The translations under genes and the position numbers were made by a program. This document shows, piece after piece, positions 13,166 to 27,045 of a DNA stretch of 64,000 nt. The number at the start of each line of letters is the position of its first letter. Positions within the stretch are counted from its first letter, which is position 1. The notes beneath the pieces are model-generated. The model was not told where the DNA came from, ran no database searches, and saw only the letters and a list, made by a program, of their open reading frames with translations. Origin of the DNA: Eledone cirrhosa (taxonomy: Eukaryota); NCBI GenBank assembly GCA_964016885.1, contig OZ024743.1, positions 3,410,001 to 3,474,000 of the forward strand, written 5' to 3'.

Positions 13166-13529
13166 CGCGTACTCCTAGTTCAGTCAGGATACGAGAAACT
13201 TAACATCCTTTATGTAAGTGGACAGTAAATGACTTACGGAGCCGCAGAAACCCCAACACTGGACTTTACCATCATTCTAGGGGTCCGGGTGAGTATCAAA
13301 CATTTATATTTTCATATATTTTTATATCTGTATATCTGTTTGACCCGAAATAGGAGATCGAATCTTCGCTGTGTGGATGATTAGTTTAACCACCATCTCA
13401 GTGTGTTTGGCCTTTAACGTAAGTTGTAAGCTCTAATTCATTTGAATTATAGAGCGCTTGCCTCACAACTCGAAAGTGTTTTCTCGTTATTTCATGGGCT
13501 GAAATTCGATTCTCGCTAATTTTTACTTG

Positions 13530-15230
13530 TCATCATCATCATCATCATCAACGTTTAACGTCCGTGTTCCACGCTTGCATGGGTTTGGACGGGGGTAGTC
13601 CCACTTGAGGCAAGAGTGATTGTCTTGCTCGCATAGGACTGTCTGGCAGGTTTTCTAGTTGGATGCCCTTCCTAACACCAACCACATTTACAGTGTGGGT
13701 CTGGGAGGTTTTTACCGTGTTGCCTACACGGCCACATTACAGCGTGGACTGTGTGTTTTTTTGTCGTGACACCTACACGATCTCATTTGTTTCGGACTGG
13801 ATGGCGCGGCACCAACATAACTTTACATAGAACGGGGTGGTGTGGATGGGGTGGGGGTGGTGGGACTGGGTGTATTTTGTTAGAGATGCCTACTGGCTGT
13901 AGTAGGTTTTACTATGTATTTAGGTAAGGCGGGTCTTCTCTGTTACTGAGTACCGCCAAAGGTCTCGGTCCAGTGACATTGTCTTGGAGAGGTGTAAGTG
14001 TGTGAGGTCGGAGTTTATCAGCTCGTCCCAGGTTTTTCTAGGTCTGCCTATTCCGTGGCTACCGTCTATCTTTATTGCCCTGCACTTTGTTATTCAGCTA
14101 TCGACTTTCATGCGCAGCTAATTTTTTCCTTAGTTCGTTTATGCTTTGCCGTTCACGTATATTACTGTTACACATCCAGCGGAGCATGCAAGCTTCGTTC
14201 CTCTCTAGTCTGCGTATATCCTCTGCACACAATGCCCAGGTCTCACTGCCATGCAACATTGCTGTTCGTATGCAGGCATCGTACAACCTGCCTTTCATTT
14301 TTAGGGAGAACCCTTTAGCAGCTAATAGTGGTATAAGCTCTCTGAACTTTTTCCAACCAGTTCTGACTCTAGCTACTGTACTTTCAGAGCACCCTCCCCC
14401 ACTGCTGACTTTATCGCCCAGGTAACGGAAGCTGTCCACTATTTCTATAGAACCCTCTGCGCAATTGAAAGAGCTAGTATTTTGTGGGCACTTGCTGCTA
14501 CTTATTGCACCAGAGCACCGGCCACATGTAAAATCTATGTTCTTAGTTAGCTTACCTGTGATCCCTCCCACTACATCTTTTATGCACCCATACTTTGCAT
14601 TTAGGACATAAAATGGAGTTTCTACCTACGCCTTTCCTACACACCGAGCACGACCATTTCCCAGAAGGGACCGCCGCCTTATTTTCTTTCCTACAAACTA
14701 GAACTTTAGTCTTAGCCAGGTTTATTTTAAATCCTTTTGATTCTAGGCCGTGCTTCCATGTTTGGAATTTCTTCTCTAGCTCGGCCATTGATTCCGCTAT
14801 GAGTGTCAGGTCGTCTGCGTATAGGAGTTCCCATGGGCAGCCGGTCTTGAACTCCTCTGTTATAGCCTGAAGGGCAATAATAAATAGTAGGGGGCTGAGA
14901 ACAGAGCCCTGATGGACGCCAACTTTTACGCTAAACTCTTCACTATATTCGTTGTTAATTCTAACCTTGCTGACCGTTTCTTTATACATGGCTTGTATAG
15001 CTCTCACAAGCCATTCGTCAACGCCTAGTTTTCTAAGAGCCCACCAGATAATGGAGTGGGGGACTCTGTCGAAGGCTTTCTCCAAGTCGACAAAAGCTAA
15101 GTAGAGGGGTTTACCTTTAGCTAGGTACTTCTCCTGTAGTTGTCGTACAATGAAAAGAGCGTCTGTGGTACTTTTGCCTGACACAAACCCGAACTGCATT
15201 TCATCTAGGTCAATTCTCTCTCTGATTAGT
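13530..15230 (-). mobile_element. RTE-clade LINE, 5'-truncated (RT, Cys/His finger, 3'UTR, (GAT)n tail)
   Basis: QFGF, FVDLEKAFDRVP, GVHQGSVLSPLLF, LLYADD. Confidence 0.95.
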
Positions 15231-15780
15231 TATATATTTATATATATATATGTGTATATGTATAATATATATATTATAATATAATAAATATAATATAATA
15301 TATATATAAATAATATATATATATATCCAAAATTAAGATAAATTAAATGAATTTAATCCAAATCGAAATTGTGGGTGTCATGCCATAACGGCGTGCGCCA
15401 TATCGCCTGGAAATAAGCTCAAAGATATATCCGAGCATTTTATAATAACTAGAAATTCATGTATATTTATCTGTTAATCAATTTCTAGTTATTATATATA
15501 TATATATTCTCAATGAGGTCTCCCCTTAGTGGTAGGGTCCGTACCAAAGAAGACGGTCTGATCGAACCTATATATGAAGTCTGATAGTATACAGTTATAC
15601 AACTGTTATAGATAAGTCAATATGTCAATATCATCAACCCTCCAAAACAATCGTAAAACAATGATATGAATAGGTAAAATAACTTGACTTTGTTGTTATT
15701 TTCATTGTTAAATTAATACCTTATATATATGAATATATATATATATATTTAAATATATATATTTAAATATATATAATAAT

Positions 15781-15970
15781 AATTGTTTCTACTTTTGGCA
15801 CAAGGCCAGCAATTACTCAGTGCATTACTGGTACTTTATTTTATCGACCCCGTAAGGATGAAAGGCAAAGTTAACCTCGACTGGATTTGAACTCAGAATG
15901 GCAAGAGCCGTAACTCCATGCGTCAAAGCATGGCGTTCGACCCTCTACCGGTACTGCCAATCCACCGCCC
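15781..15970 (-). mobile_element. tRNA-derived SINE A
   Basis: A box tggcagtaccgg, B box gagttcaaatcc, conserved gcctttcatccttacggggtcgataaaataaagtaccag body (Meta/MESC-like domain, inferred). Confidence 0.85.
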
Positions 15971-15986
15971 AAATATATATATATAT

Positions 15987-16170
15987 AATAATAAGTTGAC
16001 AGAACTAGCATGGGTTTCACTGCCAGTAATGTTTGCATCTCAGCGTACTCAATAGGTAATGTTAAGTAAAATCCCAGAGTAGACACACAGATATTCGCTT
16101 CAATACAACACACGTAAATGGGTATCTTCAAACTATACCCGTCCGTACTCCAGTTTCGGCCACACTTAGA
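15987..16170 (-). mobile_element. pLTR-like fragment, same family as 34067-34322
   Basis: Reverse-complement similarity; retains ggccgaaa. Confidence 0.6.
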
Positions 16171-16174
16171 TACA

Positions 16175-16355
16175 GATTGTCAGTATCGGTAGAGGGTCGG
16201 ACGCCATGCTTTGCAGCAAAGAGTTACGGCCCTTTATGGTCTGAATTCAAATCCCGCCAAAGTTAACTTTGCCTTTCATCCTTACGGGGTCGATAAAATA
16301 AAATACCAGTAATACACTGGGATAATTGCTGGCCTTGTTACAAAAGTAGAAACAA
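16175..16355 (+). mobile_element. tRNA-derived SINE A
   Basis: Same boxes and body as 15781-15970. Confidence 0.85.
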
Positions 16356-16387
16356 TTTATTTATATATATATCTCTATATATATATA

Positions 16388-16463
<76 letters not shown>

Positions 16464-17125
16464 TTTGATAGGTTTCAATATAGGCCCAGGCCATGTCTAA
16501 CTTAATATCACCACCTGTATATAATATACATAAATATATATACACACATTTATATATCTTATTTTATATAATAAATGACTTCTACAAGACTAGAGAACTG
16601 TTTCATCCATATGAAATCACCATAGCATTCCTGATTAGTATACTAACTACCGTGGTCACCTCCCCACCGCCTTCGGGAACGAATCAATTATGTATATACT
16701 ACCTACACACGTATAAATACACATACTTCTCAATAAACTGAAATATGAATTTTTCTCGCGTTTATTTGACGTAGGGAAATTTTCTATAGTGTGTTCTACA
16801 AAAAATACCCTTTGTAAACACACTCAGTGAGAGTGGATTGAGGTTATCAGTGAAAGGTGTTTAACAATTTAACTCCACCCACTAGAAGGGATGGGCTTTG
16901 GCCCAAACGTAGATTGTACTTGAATAATTAAAAAAAAAAATACTATACATATCATTTATTATATGCATCAGAGTGCTCGAATGAATCTTGCATACGGAGA
17001 CGACAAAGGGAATTTTAGAATGCTATTAAAATAAATTCTAATCGAATGACGCATCTATGGAGTATCTATTTGGTTAGTGCATGGATGGAATATAAACAAA
17101 CATAAAAACATAATATAATGATTAT

Positions 17126-17222
<97 letters not shown>

Positions 17223-17254
17223 TATACATATATATATATATACATATATATATT

Positions 17255-17420
17255 TAAGTCGTTTGGAAGCCTCGACAATGCAAATGGGTAAATCTCCGGG
17301 TAACAAGGTCCGGGGGTGGAGAGAGAGATGTAAGTGGGTGTACGTTGAGGTGCGTGGTGTGTATAAGATGTGTGAGATGTGTAGAATGAAGGGAAGAGTA
17401 TAAAGGATAAAATAAAATAA
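17255..17420 (-). repeat. Dispersed repeat fragment in (TA)n, related to 57370-57495
   Basis: Shared ttgttacccggagatttacccatttgcattgtcgaggcttccaaacgac. Confidence 0.65.
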
Positions 17421-17538
17421 TATATATATATAAATAATAATATATAATATATATATATATATTATATATATATGTATATATATATGTATATATACATATA
17501 TATTATATATATATAATATACACATATATATATAATAT

Positions 17539-17583
<45 letters not shown>

Positions 17584-17613
17584 TGTATATATATGTATAT
17601 ATAGGTATATATA

Positions 17614-17646
<33 letters not shown>

Positions 17647-17648
17647 CA

Positions 17649-17710
17649 AGGGCGGTGCCCCAGCATGGCCTCAGCCGGATGGCTGAAACAGGTAAAAGAG
17701 TAAAAGAGTA
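17649..17710 (+). mobile_element. SINE 3' end fragment with (AAAGAGTA)n tail
   Basis: ggcggtgccccagcatggcc...aaagagtaaaagagta. Confidence 0.6.
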
Positions 17711-17713
17711 TAC

Positions 17714-17744
<31 letters not shown>

Positions 17745-17803
17745 ATAATATACACACATTTATATACATACACATACATATATATATATACATATACACA
17801 CAC

Positions 17804-17834
<31 letters not shown>

Positions 17835-18353
17835 TATATACACATATATATATATACATATATATATATATACATATATACATACATATACATATATATA
17901 TATATATTTAGATACATATAATTGTTTCTACTTTAGGCACAAGGACAGCAATAACCCAGTGCATTACTGGTACTTTATTTTTATACATATAATGAATATA
18001 TAATATACATATATATATATATACACATACATATAATACAGATACATAATATACATATATATATATATACACATACATATAATGTATATTTATATATATA
18101 CATATAATGAATTATATATATATATACATACATACATATAATGTATATTTATATATATATACATACATATAATGAATATATATATATACATACATATAAT
18201 GAATATATATATACATACATACATATAATGAATATATATACATATACATACATATAATGAATATATATACATACATATATACATATATATATGTATATAT
18301 AATGCATATACATATAATGAATTTATATATATACATAGATATAATGAATATTT

Positions 18354-18536
18354 ATATGAAAAGATTCAGGACCCCAGCGGCTGAGCTCTGGTCGTTTTAA
18401 CAGCTAGATCCGATCTAGCTGTCGAAACGACCAGAGCTCAGTCGTCGGGGTCCTGAATCTTTTCATATTACCCACTCTACTACACCAAATATCGAGTACT
18501 CTGGTTCACCTAGGTTTTTTACCACACCCTATCTGA
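18354..18536 (+). mobile_element. Fold-back element, family P1
   Basis: Palindrome 18354-18468 with apex at 18411; tail cccactctactac..gagtactctggt shared with copies at 24914, 26421 and 37704. Confidence 0.8.
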
Positions 18537-18571
18537 TATATATTTTATATATATATATATATTATATATAT

Positions 18572-18900
18572 ATCATCATTCATCATCATCATCATTTCAT
18601 TTTACGTCCGCTTTTTCCCTGCTTGCAAAGGTGGGACGGGAACTGATTCTGGCTTGATTTCTACAGCTGGATGCCCTTCCTAACACCAACCTCATTTACA
18701 GTGAGTGCTGGGTGCTTTTTTGCCGTGGCACCTCCACGACCACTTTGCAGTGGAATGATATGGACCCCAGTCCTATCATCTCATTTCTACAGCTGATTAA
18801 ACTGGAGCAATGTGAAATAGTGAAACAACACATCACCTGGTCTGAGAATTGAACTCACAACCTTTCGATTGCAAGGCCAATGCTCTAACCACTAAGCCAT
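18572..18900 (-). mobile_element. CORE-type SINE B copy
   Basis: Near-identical to 4618-4940. Confidence 0.85.
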
Positions 18901-19016
18901 ATATATATATATATTATATTTATATATAAAATATATATTATATATATATATAATATATATATATATAATCTATATATATATATAATATAATATATATATA
19001 ATATAATATATATATA

Positions 19017-19206
19017 TGAAAAAGACAACCTTAACGGTTAGAGCTTCCTGGATATCCAGGAAGTTCCAACCGTTAAGTTGTTTTTTCACGGTATGTCAAT
19101 ATTTATTTATAAAACTAATCTGTATTGTATTTTATCTGCCTTGGTGGCCCTTGAAATATGTATAATAAAATAAATATGATTTTATAAATATAGTTTCCAT
19201 TTGTTA

Positions 19207-19210
<4 letters not shown>
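19017..19210 (+). mobile_element. Fold-back element with a partly deleted HHR (family of 50590-50755)
   Basis: Palindrome 19017-19088; downstream gtattttatctg..cccttgaaatat..ataaaataaatatg matches 50647-50750. Confidence 0.7.
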
Positions 19211-19245
<35 letters not shown>

Positions 19246-19388
19246 TAAAATTACAATTCTATCTCTCGCCCTATTTACGTATGCACACTTACATTTATTC
19301 ATATATTTATATATATATAATATATATATATTATATATATATAATATATATTATATGTATATATTTATATATATAATATATATATATA

Positions 19389-19578
19389 ATTGTCTCTACT
19401 TTAGGCACAAGGCCAGCAAATTAACCAGTGCATTACTGGTACTTTATTTTATCGACCCCGTAAGGATGAAAGGCAAAGTCAACCTCGGCGGGATTGAACT
19501 CAGATCGTAAAGGGACGTAACTCTGCTGGGAAGCATGGCGTCCGACCCTCTACCGATACTGCCAATCCACCGCCGCCA
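19389..19578 (-). mobile_element. tRNA-derived SINE A, full-length head
   Basis: Begins ggcggcggtggattggcagtatcggtag. Confidence 0.85.
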
Positions 19579-19712
19579 TATATATAATGTTATTTCCTTT
19601 AATCCACGTTGCTCCTTCTACCTGGAGTTGCGACTCATAGATAGTATTAGCAACTGGAAAGACCGACCGACGAAAACATTGTTTCCTCGGTCCGATTTGA
19701 CGAAAGTCGATC

Positions 19713-19744
<32 letters not shown>

Positions 19745-19807
19745 GTATATATATATATTATATATATGTATATATATATATTATATGTATTAAATATATA
19801 TATTATA

Positions 19808-19846
<39 letters not shown>

Positions 19847-19866
19847 TATATATACATATATGTATT

Positions 19867-19898
<32 letters not shown>

Positions 19899-19980
19899 TT
19901 ATATATATATATTATATGTATTATATATATATATTATATGTATTATATATATATACAAACACACACACATTTATATATAA

Positions 19981-20100
19981 TGGAAGAGGAAGACCCGAGG
20001 TTAACATATGTTGATGTCCTAAGGACAGACACTGGTCTCTTGGAGACACAGGACATGTCAGCGATAATGAGTGACAGAGACCGCTGGAGAGAACTCGTAC
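19981..20100 (+). mobile_element. 3' fragment of a second RTE family
   Basis: [29 protein letters not shown]; matches 32790-32930. Confidence 0.85.
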
Positions 20101-20120
20101 ATATATATATTTATATATAT

Positions 20121-20520
20121 ATTGTTATATTTGGGGAGGGTCATATTGTTATAATATATATACACACACATACATATTAATTTATATCGTGAGTTAAAAA
20201 AAAGAGGGGGGGGGGGGCACACAATAAATAAGCCACTCAAAATATTAGTACAGTGAAAACAGTGAAAACATCAATATTTCATATAGAAAATTATATATAT
20301 ATAAAGTAAACAAATAACAAAGCAAACGACATAGTACACTCAAGAAACATTATGTTAACACTTGAACTAACAGAAACAGTGTCCTAATGTTTCGGACTCT
20401 AGTCCTTCATCAGAAGATTTAATTAGAAATAAAAGATAGAATAGAAAGATATAGAGTGAGAAGAGGAAGGAAGCAAAAATGAGAAAATCACATGTGCGTC
20501 TTCGGTTAGCCATTTTGGAT
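20121..20520 (-). mobile_element. PLE pLTR fragment with HHR-like motif at 20382-20418
   Basis: Terminal attgttatatttggggagggtcat shared with the PLE end at 10395; minus strand reads tctt CTGATGA a-ggact-ag-agtcc GAAA catt agga. Confidence 0.7.
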
Positions 20521-20561
20521 ATATATGTGTATGCGTGTGTGTATATATATATATACTTTTA

Positions 20562-20671
20562 TAATTGTTATTACTTTAGGTACAAGGTCAGCAATTACCC
20601 AGTGCATTACTGGTACTTTATTTTATTGACCCCGTAAGGATGAAAAGCAAAGTCAACCTCGGCGGGATTTG
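20562..20671 (-). mobile_element. SINE A 3' part
   Basis: Conserved SINE A body. Confidence 0.8.
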
Positions 20672-21354
20672 TACTTATATAATGGTATCTTATATGCAGG
20701 TAAATAACCAGTTACGGTTTCCTCAGCTAAGCACTCAACATCCTAAGGCATTCCAGATTAATTACATCTGGTGATCCAGTCGGAGAATTAATCTCCAAGA
20801 TGCTTGCAATCGACTTTCTTTTCAGGAAAACGGAGCGCCCCCCTCCGATCACCCCTTCCTCTGAGTTTTCTCTACGACTTTTGTTTCGTGTGTATCCAAC
20901 GAATACTACTAGGTTTGTAGTAAAAGGAAAGAGGCGGAAAGACCATCGCGTTTGGTGGGAAATAATTTGTTTGCGTTTTCTTTTCTGTGTGCTGTTAACT
21001 CATCGCTGTTAACTCATCTAACATCCTAGATGGTCGCGATCGACATTTTCCCTATAAAGCAAACACTAACACTAACCGATTGTGAGTATCTTGGAGGTCA
21101 GATTATTTACGAATAAATCTAGAACAGAAAACAAATTTAACAAGAAAACTCCGATGCTCCCCCCCCCCCCCCCTCGAAAAAAACAAGGTTGATTGTGTAT
21201 ACTGAAGTTCCGGTAATTAACCAAGACACACTCAAATATATATATATATATATATATATATAGTGTAGTAAAAATTTTGTATAAATGTCTAAGGGTAAGA
21301 GCCCCCAGTTCAAAGGACGAGTTAAGTATAATTAGTTGTAACAGTGACATGATG

Positions 21355-21850
21355 GCTTCTCCCCATGACTAATTGTATATATTATATAGGAAACTCCCTA
21401 TTTAAAATTGTTAATAACTTTATTAATTATATTTTAAACAGTGTAATGGTTACAAGTACAGTTTCAAAGTTCTACATAGCCACAAGCTTTGTCACCCGAG
21501 TTTGTAGTAATCATCTCCGTATATCCTTGATTGACTTCATCAGAAATTCAGGCGGTATGCTTCTCAGTACACGATGAATGCATTCCTTAATTGAGTCAGG
21601 GTTTAGGTTTTGAGCTATAAACGTCTTTCTACGTCAATCATTACAGGATGGCGTTTTAAGTCAGGGCTTCTTGCTGTCCATTCATGTGGACCTCGACGAC
21701 CCAGCCAACGTCCTGGAAATTGGACATCAAGCCACTTACGGACAGTGTGCAAAAGAAAAGGGGTCTCCATTTTGCACGAATATGGGAGGTCTTTGCTGTT
21801 GTCGCCAAGTAGGTCACAAAAGTTATAAGTAATTTTCAATAGGGAGCTTC
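21355..21850 (-). mobile_element. Tc1/mariner-superfamily transposase C-terminal fragment
   Basis: VRKWLDVQFPGRWLGRRGPHEWTARSPDL. Confidence 0.8.
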
Positions 21851-21859
21851 AAAACGCGT

Positions 21860-22330
21860 GTTTGTAATGTGTATGAGATGTGGGCCCAACACAATCATTT
21901 GTGGGACTCCACTGCTGACTTTGGCCGAGCTTGATCATTCGACCACAACATGGTGGGATCTGTTTCTCAAGAAACATTTAATTCGCTGCAGTAGCTTTCG
22001 ACATACCCTATTGTCAAACAAAGTAAATAACATCGTGTTGGAGCCATTTCCAAAGATCAAAATGATGCAGAAGCTGCCACACGCAATTCCTGCCATAAAG
22101 GACCTCATACTGTTTGGAGTTTGGCAGGTCATTTCCTTACAATATTACTGACTTAATATTACAATATTCATGACTTAATACTCTCAAATCCTTGACGATA
22201 TGAGATGTGAGTGAAATGGGACGTTAATTCACTGTTAAGGACTTATTCCATTCCAGACGACAGACTGGAACAGGAAATGTTCAGGAACGGTAGTGAGTTC
22301 CTCCCACAATTAACAAGAGGGTATACAAGG
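21860..22330 (-). mobile_element. CR1/L2-like RT fragment
   Basis: FLRNRSHHVVV..SSAKVSSGVPQ.IVLGP. Confidence 0.65.
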
Positions 22331-22452
22331 TGATGTCGGCAATTCGCCCCGACACTTGGACGCAAATTATCGGGGTCTACTGCCGAGTGGTGGTGGGGTT
22401 TATTTTTTGCCTCTAATGATTTCAGGGGCGTCAAACATTATATATACATAGG

Positions 22453-22498
<46 letters not shown>

Positions 22499-22656
22499 AT
22501 ACATATATATATATACAAATTTTAGCACAGCATCAACGAAGCTTTTGGATGAAGCCAAGCTAACGAATGCAGTTTCGGTGTGCAGCTAAGCACTCAATAG
22601 GAAATAATCCCTAGAGTTATAACATTACGTTTAGACAGCTTTGCAAATCAAATACA

Positions 22657-22709
<53 letters not shown>

Positions 22710-22863
22710 CACATACACATACGAAATATAAAGTGAGGGTTTTTTTTACAAAATGAAAAATAACCGAGGTGTCCTACACGAGTGAAAGTACAAAGAAAAA
22801 AAGATGAAATCGAAAATGCAACTGGAGTCTATTTAAAAAAAATATATATATATTTATTTGGTT

Positions 22864-22900
22864 CCTTTACCGGTTTCGCAGTTCTTCTGCTTTTCAAAAA
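22864..22900 (-). ncRNA. Degenerate minimal hammerhead
   Basis: TTGAAAA gcag-aagaa-ctgc GAAA ccgg TA aagg; two substitutions in the core. Confidence 0.5.
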
Positions 22901-23253
22901 TAGAGTTGAGATGGAGGGTGTGTGGTTTTTCTCAGATCTGTATATATATATTTGTACATGTACATATTTATAGAAAAGTCTTTCAAATCATGGTTTAGAA
23001 ACTATGACACGATCATTCACTTATTTATTTTTTGGACATCACGATAATGAAACTTTAACCAAAATTCTTGTGCTGTTATTTTTTTTAATAAAAATATTTT
23101 CTACCCAACAAATAATACAAGACGTTTCTTATATATAACAGGGGAAACACCGTGTATATATATACTCATATGTATCTATACACACAGATACGTATCGATA
23201 TATATCTATCTATATACACATACGTGTCTATATATAAACGTACCTAAAATTAC

Positions 23254-23286
<33 letters not shown>

Positions 23287-23312
23287 CCTATACACACGCA
23301 CACATATATATA

Positions 23313-23761
23313 TCATCATCATGATCATCGTTTTACGTCCGTTCTTCCATGCTAGCATGGGTTAGACGGGTTGTCCTGTTGTGGGCAGTGTCTGGTCGGC
23401 TGACCATGCCTTGCTCATACAGGAACTGATTTGGCTTGATTTCTACAGCTGGATGCCCTTCCTAACACCAACCTCATTTACAGTGAGTGCTGGGTGCTTC
23501 TTTCGTGGCGCCTACACGTCCACTTTACAGTGTGGGCTGGGTGCTTTATTGCCGTGGCACCTCTACGACCACTTTGCAGTGGGAGGGTGTGGGGGCATAT
23601 TGTCTATATACTTCAGCTTGTACCCATGGGAGGTTGGGTACTCTGTATTACTGTGTGACGCCAGAGGTCACGGTCGTATGTCATCGCCTTTGAGAGGTGT
23701 AATTGGGTAAGGTCGGCTTTTATCACCTCATCCCTGGGCTTCTTGGGTCTCCCCACTCCGC

Positions 23762-23767
<6 letters not shown>
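23313..23767 (-). mobile_element. RTE LINE 3' fragment
   Basis: Near-identical to 52236-52700. Confidence 0.9.
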
Positions 23768-23847
<80 letters not shown>

Positions 23848-23966
23848 GTGTATATATATATATATATATGTGTATGTATATATATATACATATATATGTA
23901 TATATATATATATATGTATATATATATGTATATATGTATATATATATATATATGTATATATATGTA

Positions 23967-24125
<159 letters not shown>

Positions 24126-24307
24126 GGAAAAAATGTACATACTTATATTTAAGTAACAGCCGTACTAAGAAGAGTGGAAAATGAAATTTCGTTTCATTTT
24201 TTCCGTTTATCATTTTCGGTACACCCGGCCGATATACAAATTGCGCTACTCAGCCGTTAATATGCATAAGGTAACTATATACGTTCAACAATCTGGCAGG
24301 AAGGTAT

Positions 24308-24350
24308 ACGTTGCTGACGATAGCTAATAAGCTTGAAACTAGTACAGCGT
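24308..24350 (+). ncRNA. Minimal type I hammerhead
   Basis: acgttg CTGACGA t-agct-aata-agct-t GAAA ctag TA cagcgt, inside the TA-flanked island 24123-24470. Confidence 0.85.
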
Positions 24351-24555
24351 TCCTTTGTCAGTGTTGAACAAACGAGCAACGATGGTTGCTGGACACAACG
24401 GCTTAATTCGGGATGTTTGTTTACAAACACACCGAGCATTATAATAAATGTTCGGTGAATCCATACGTACATGTATATATGTGTGCATGTATGTATATAT
24501 ATATATATACATACTACTGTACATCTATATGCATATATGTATGTACGTGTACATA

Positions 24556-24653
<98 letters not shown>

Positions 24654-24698
24654 TATACATACATACATATATATATATACATACATATATATATACAT

Positions 24699-24843
<145 letters not shown>

Positions 24844-24913
24844 CATGTATATATATATACCTATATATATATACCTATATATATATATACACCTATATAT
24901 ATATATATATATA

Positions 24914-25109
24914 ACGAAGGAAATGTGGTAAGGAACCAGGTGGACCATAACGCACCAAAGTACTCAATACTTGAGGTAGTAGAGTGGGTAATAGGAACCA
25001 GTAAGACCCCGACAGCTGAGCTCAAGCCGTTTCGACGGCTAATTCTGGACTAATTCAGAATTAGCCGTCGAAACGGCTTGAGCTCAGCTGTCGGGGTCTT
25101 ACTGGTTCC

Positions 25110-25112
<3 letters not shown>
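24914..25112 (-). mobile_element. Fold-back element, family P1
   Basis: Perfect inverted arms 24991-25112 with apex near 25051. Confidence 0.85.
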
Positions 25113-25142
<30 letters not shown>

Positions 25143-25211
25143 ATATATATATGTATACCTATACGTATATTATACCTATACGTATATACCTATACATATA
25201 TATGTATACAT

Positions 25212-25264
<53 letters not shown>

Positions 25265-25325
25265 TACACATACATATATATACCCAAACATATATATATA
25301 TACACACACACACACATACATACAT

Positions 25326-25384
<59 letters not shown>

Positions 25385-25484
25385 CATCTGTTTTATATAT
25401 ATAGATTATATATAAGTATCTAATTATTTAAAGATGGAAAAACGTTTGTGGCATTACTACACCTTTAAGTTTAAGATACAGATC

Positions 25485-25524
25485 CCGAGCTCAAGATCTG
25501 CGAAGGTGAAACAATTGTTCTCGG
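25485..25524 (+). ncRNA. Minimal hammerhead (G5C variant) in a PLE pLTR fragment
   Basis: ccgag CTCAAGA tctgcgaaggt GAAA caattg TT ctcgg; the sister copy at 57979 has canonical CTGAAGA. Confidence 0.75.
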
Positions 25525-25767
25525 TATGGTGAACTAACTGTTGTGTAACCACTTCTACCTAACTCGTCCCTTGGACTGAGTGCTCTACCACTACGGATAT
25601 TATCTTCCAGTGTTCCACCACTATATATATATATATATATCAAAGGTATATATTGAGTTAGGAACTCAATGTAGTGTCTTACAATAAAATAGCTCTAAGA
25701 AAGAAATATTTCCGAGCCGTATATTATAATTGAATATAAAAGAAAAACGAACACAGATATATATACA

Positions 25768-26000
25768 AATATTTATTGAAATAACAGATTAAAGTTTAAG
25801 CAAAGAATCGCTGCTTTCACCCTTAACGGGATCTTCTGAGTTTCAGAAGATCCCGTTAAGGGTGAAAGCAGCGATTCTTTGCTTAAACTTTAATCTGTTA
25901 TTTCAATAAATATTATTTGCTCTACGGTTCTTATATATCTGATATATATTTATCCTTATCGAGCCCACTTTGGATTTTAGTCTTCAAATTTATTATTACT
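25768..26000 (+). mobile_element. Fold-back element, family P2
   Basis: Palindrome 25768-25914 with apex at 25841, directly before CAGAAGA t-ccc-gttaa-ggg-t GAAA. Confidence 0.85.
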
Positions 26001-26051
26001 ATACATACATATATACCTATACATACATACATACATATATACATACATACA

Positions 26052-26126
<75 letters not shown>

Positions 26127-26135
26127 ATACATACA

Positions 26136-26167
<32 letters not shown>

Positions 26168-26252
26168 CCTATACATACATATATATATATATACATATAT
26201 ATATATACCTATACATACATATATATACATACAAATATATATATATATACCT

Positions 26253-26307
<55 letters not shown>

Positions 26308-26420
26308 TATATACCTATACATACATATATATATATATACCTATAAATACATATATACCTATACATACATATATACCTATACATACATATATATATACCT
26401 ATATATATATATACCCATAT

Positions 26421-26549
26421 ATAGGAAAAAGTATGACCCGGGGTCATACTTTTTCCTATTTCCCACTCTACTACCCTAAGCATTGAGTACTCTGGTGCGT
26501 TATGGAATTGTGGTATGGTCCATCTGGTTCCTTACCACAATTCCTTTTG

Positions 26550-26551
<2 letters not shown>
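26421..26551 (+). mobile_element. Fold-back element, family P1, short arms
   Basis: Palindrome 26421-26459 followed by the P1 tail. Confidence 0.8.
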
Positions 26552-26606
<55 letters not shown>

Positions 26607-26640
26607 CATACCTATACACACACACATATATATATCTATC

Positions 26641-26810
26641 TAAGGCGGGTAAAATTCCCGAGATCCATGGACGAGTTCTCTCCAGCGGTCTCTGTCCCTC
26701 ATTATCTCTGCCATGTCCTGCGTCTCCAACAGACCAGTGTCTGTCCTTAGGGCATCAACATACGTTAACCTTGGTCTTCCTCTTCTAGTGTGTCCATGTA
26801 GGGGCTCCCA
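26641..26810 (-). mobile_element. 3' fragment of the second RTE family
   Basis: [26 protein letters not shown]. Confidence 0.85.
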
Positions 26811-26953
26811 ATATACATATAAATATACATATATAAACATATATAAATAGACACATATATACATATATAAATATACACATACATATATATATATATATAT
26901 AAATATACATATATATATATACATATACACATATATATACATATACATACACA

Positions 26954-27025
26954 TGCATCGGTAGGGGTTCTCCTACAAGGATATAAAGTAGTGGCCGTAC
27001 TCGAAAACGAGTTGGCAGCCACCAA
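26954..27025 (+). mobile_element. 3' end of the bipartite RTE derivative
   Basis: Matches 5567-5637. Confidence 0.85.
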
Positions 27026-27045
27026 TATGTATATATATATATATA

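Noticed and set aside
16880-16916. HHR-like gggc-tttg-gccc-aaacgta
   Set aside because: Both core segments deviate and there is no stem I; similarly weak candidates at 15510, 49478 and 61415 were not called.
18354-18468. Palindromes interpreted as MITEs, terminators or miRNA precursors
   Set aside because: One-sided tails, variable apexes and HHR content fit retro-derived fold-backs better; no evidence of processing.
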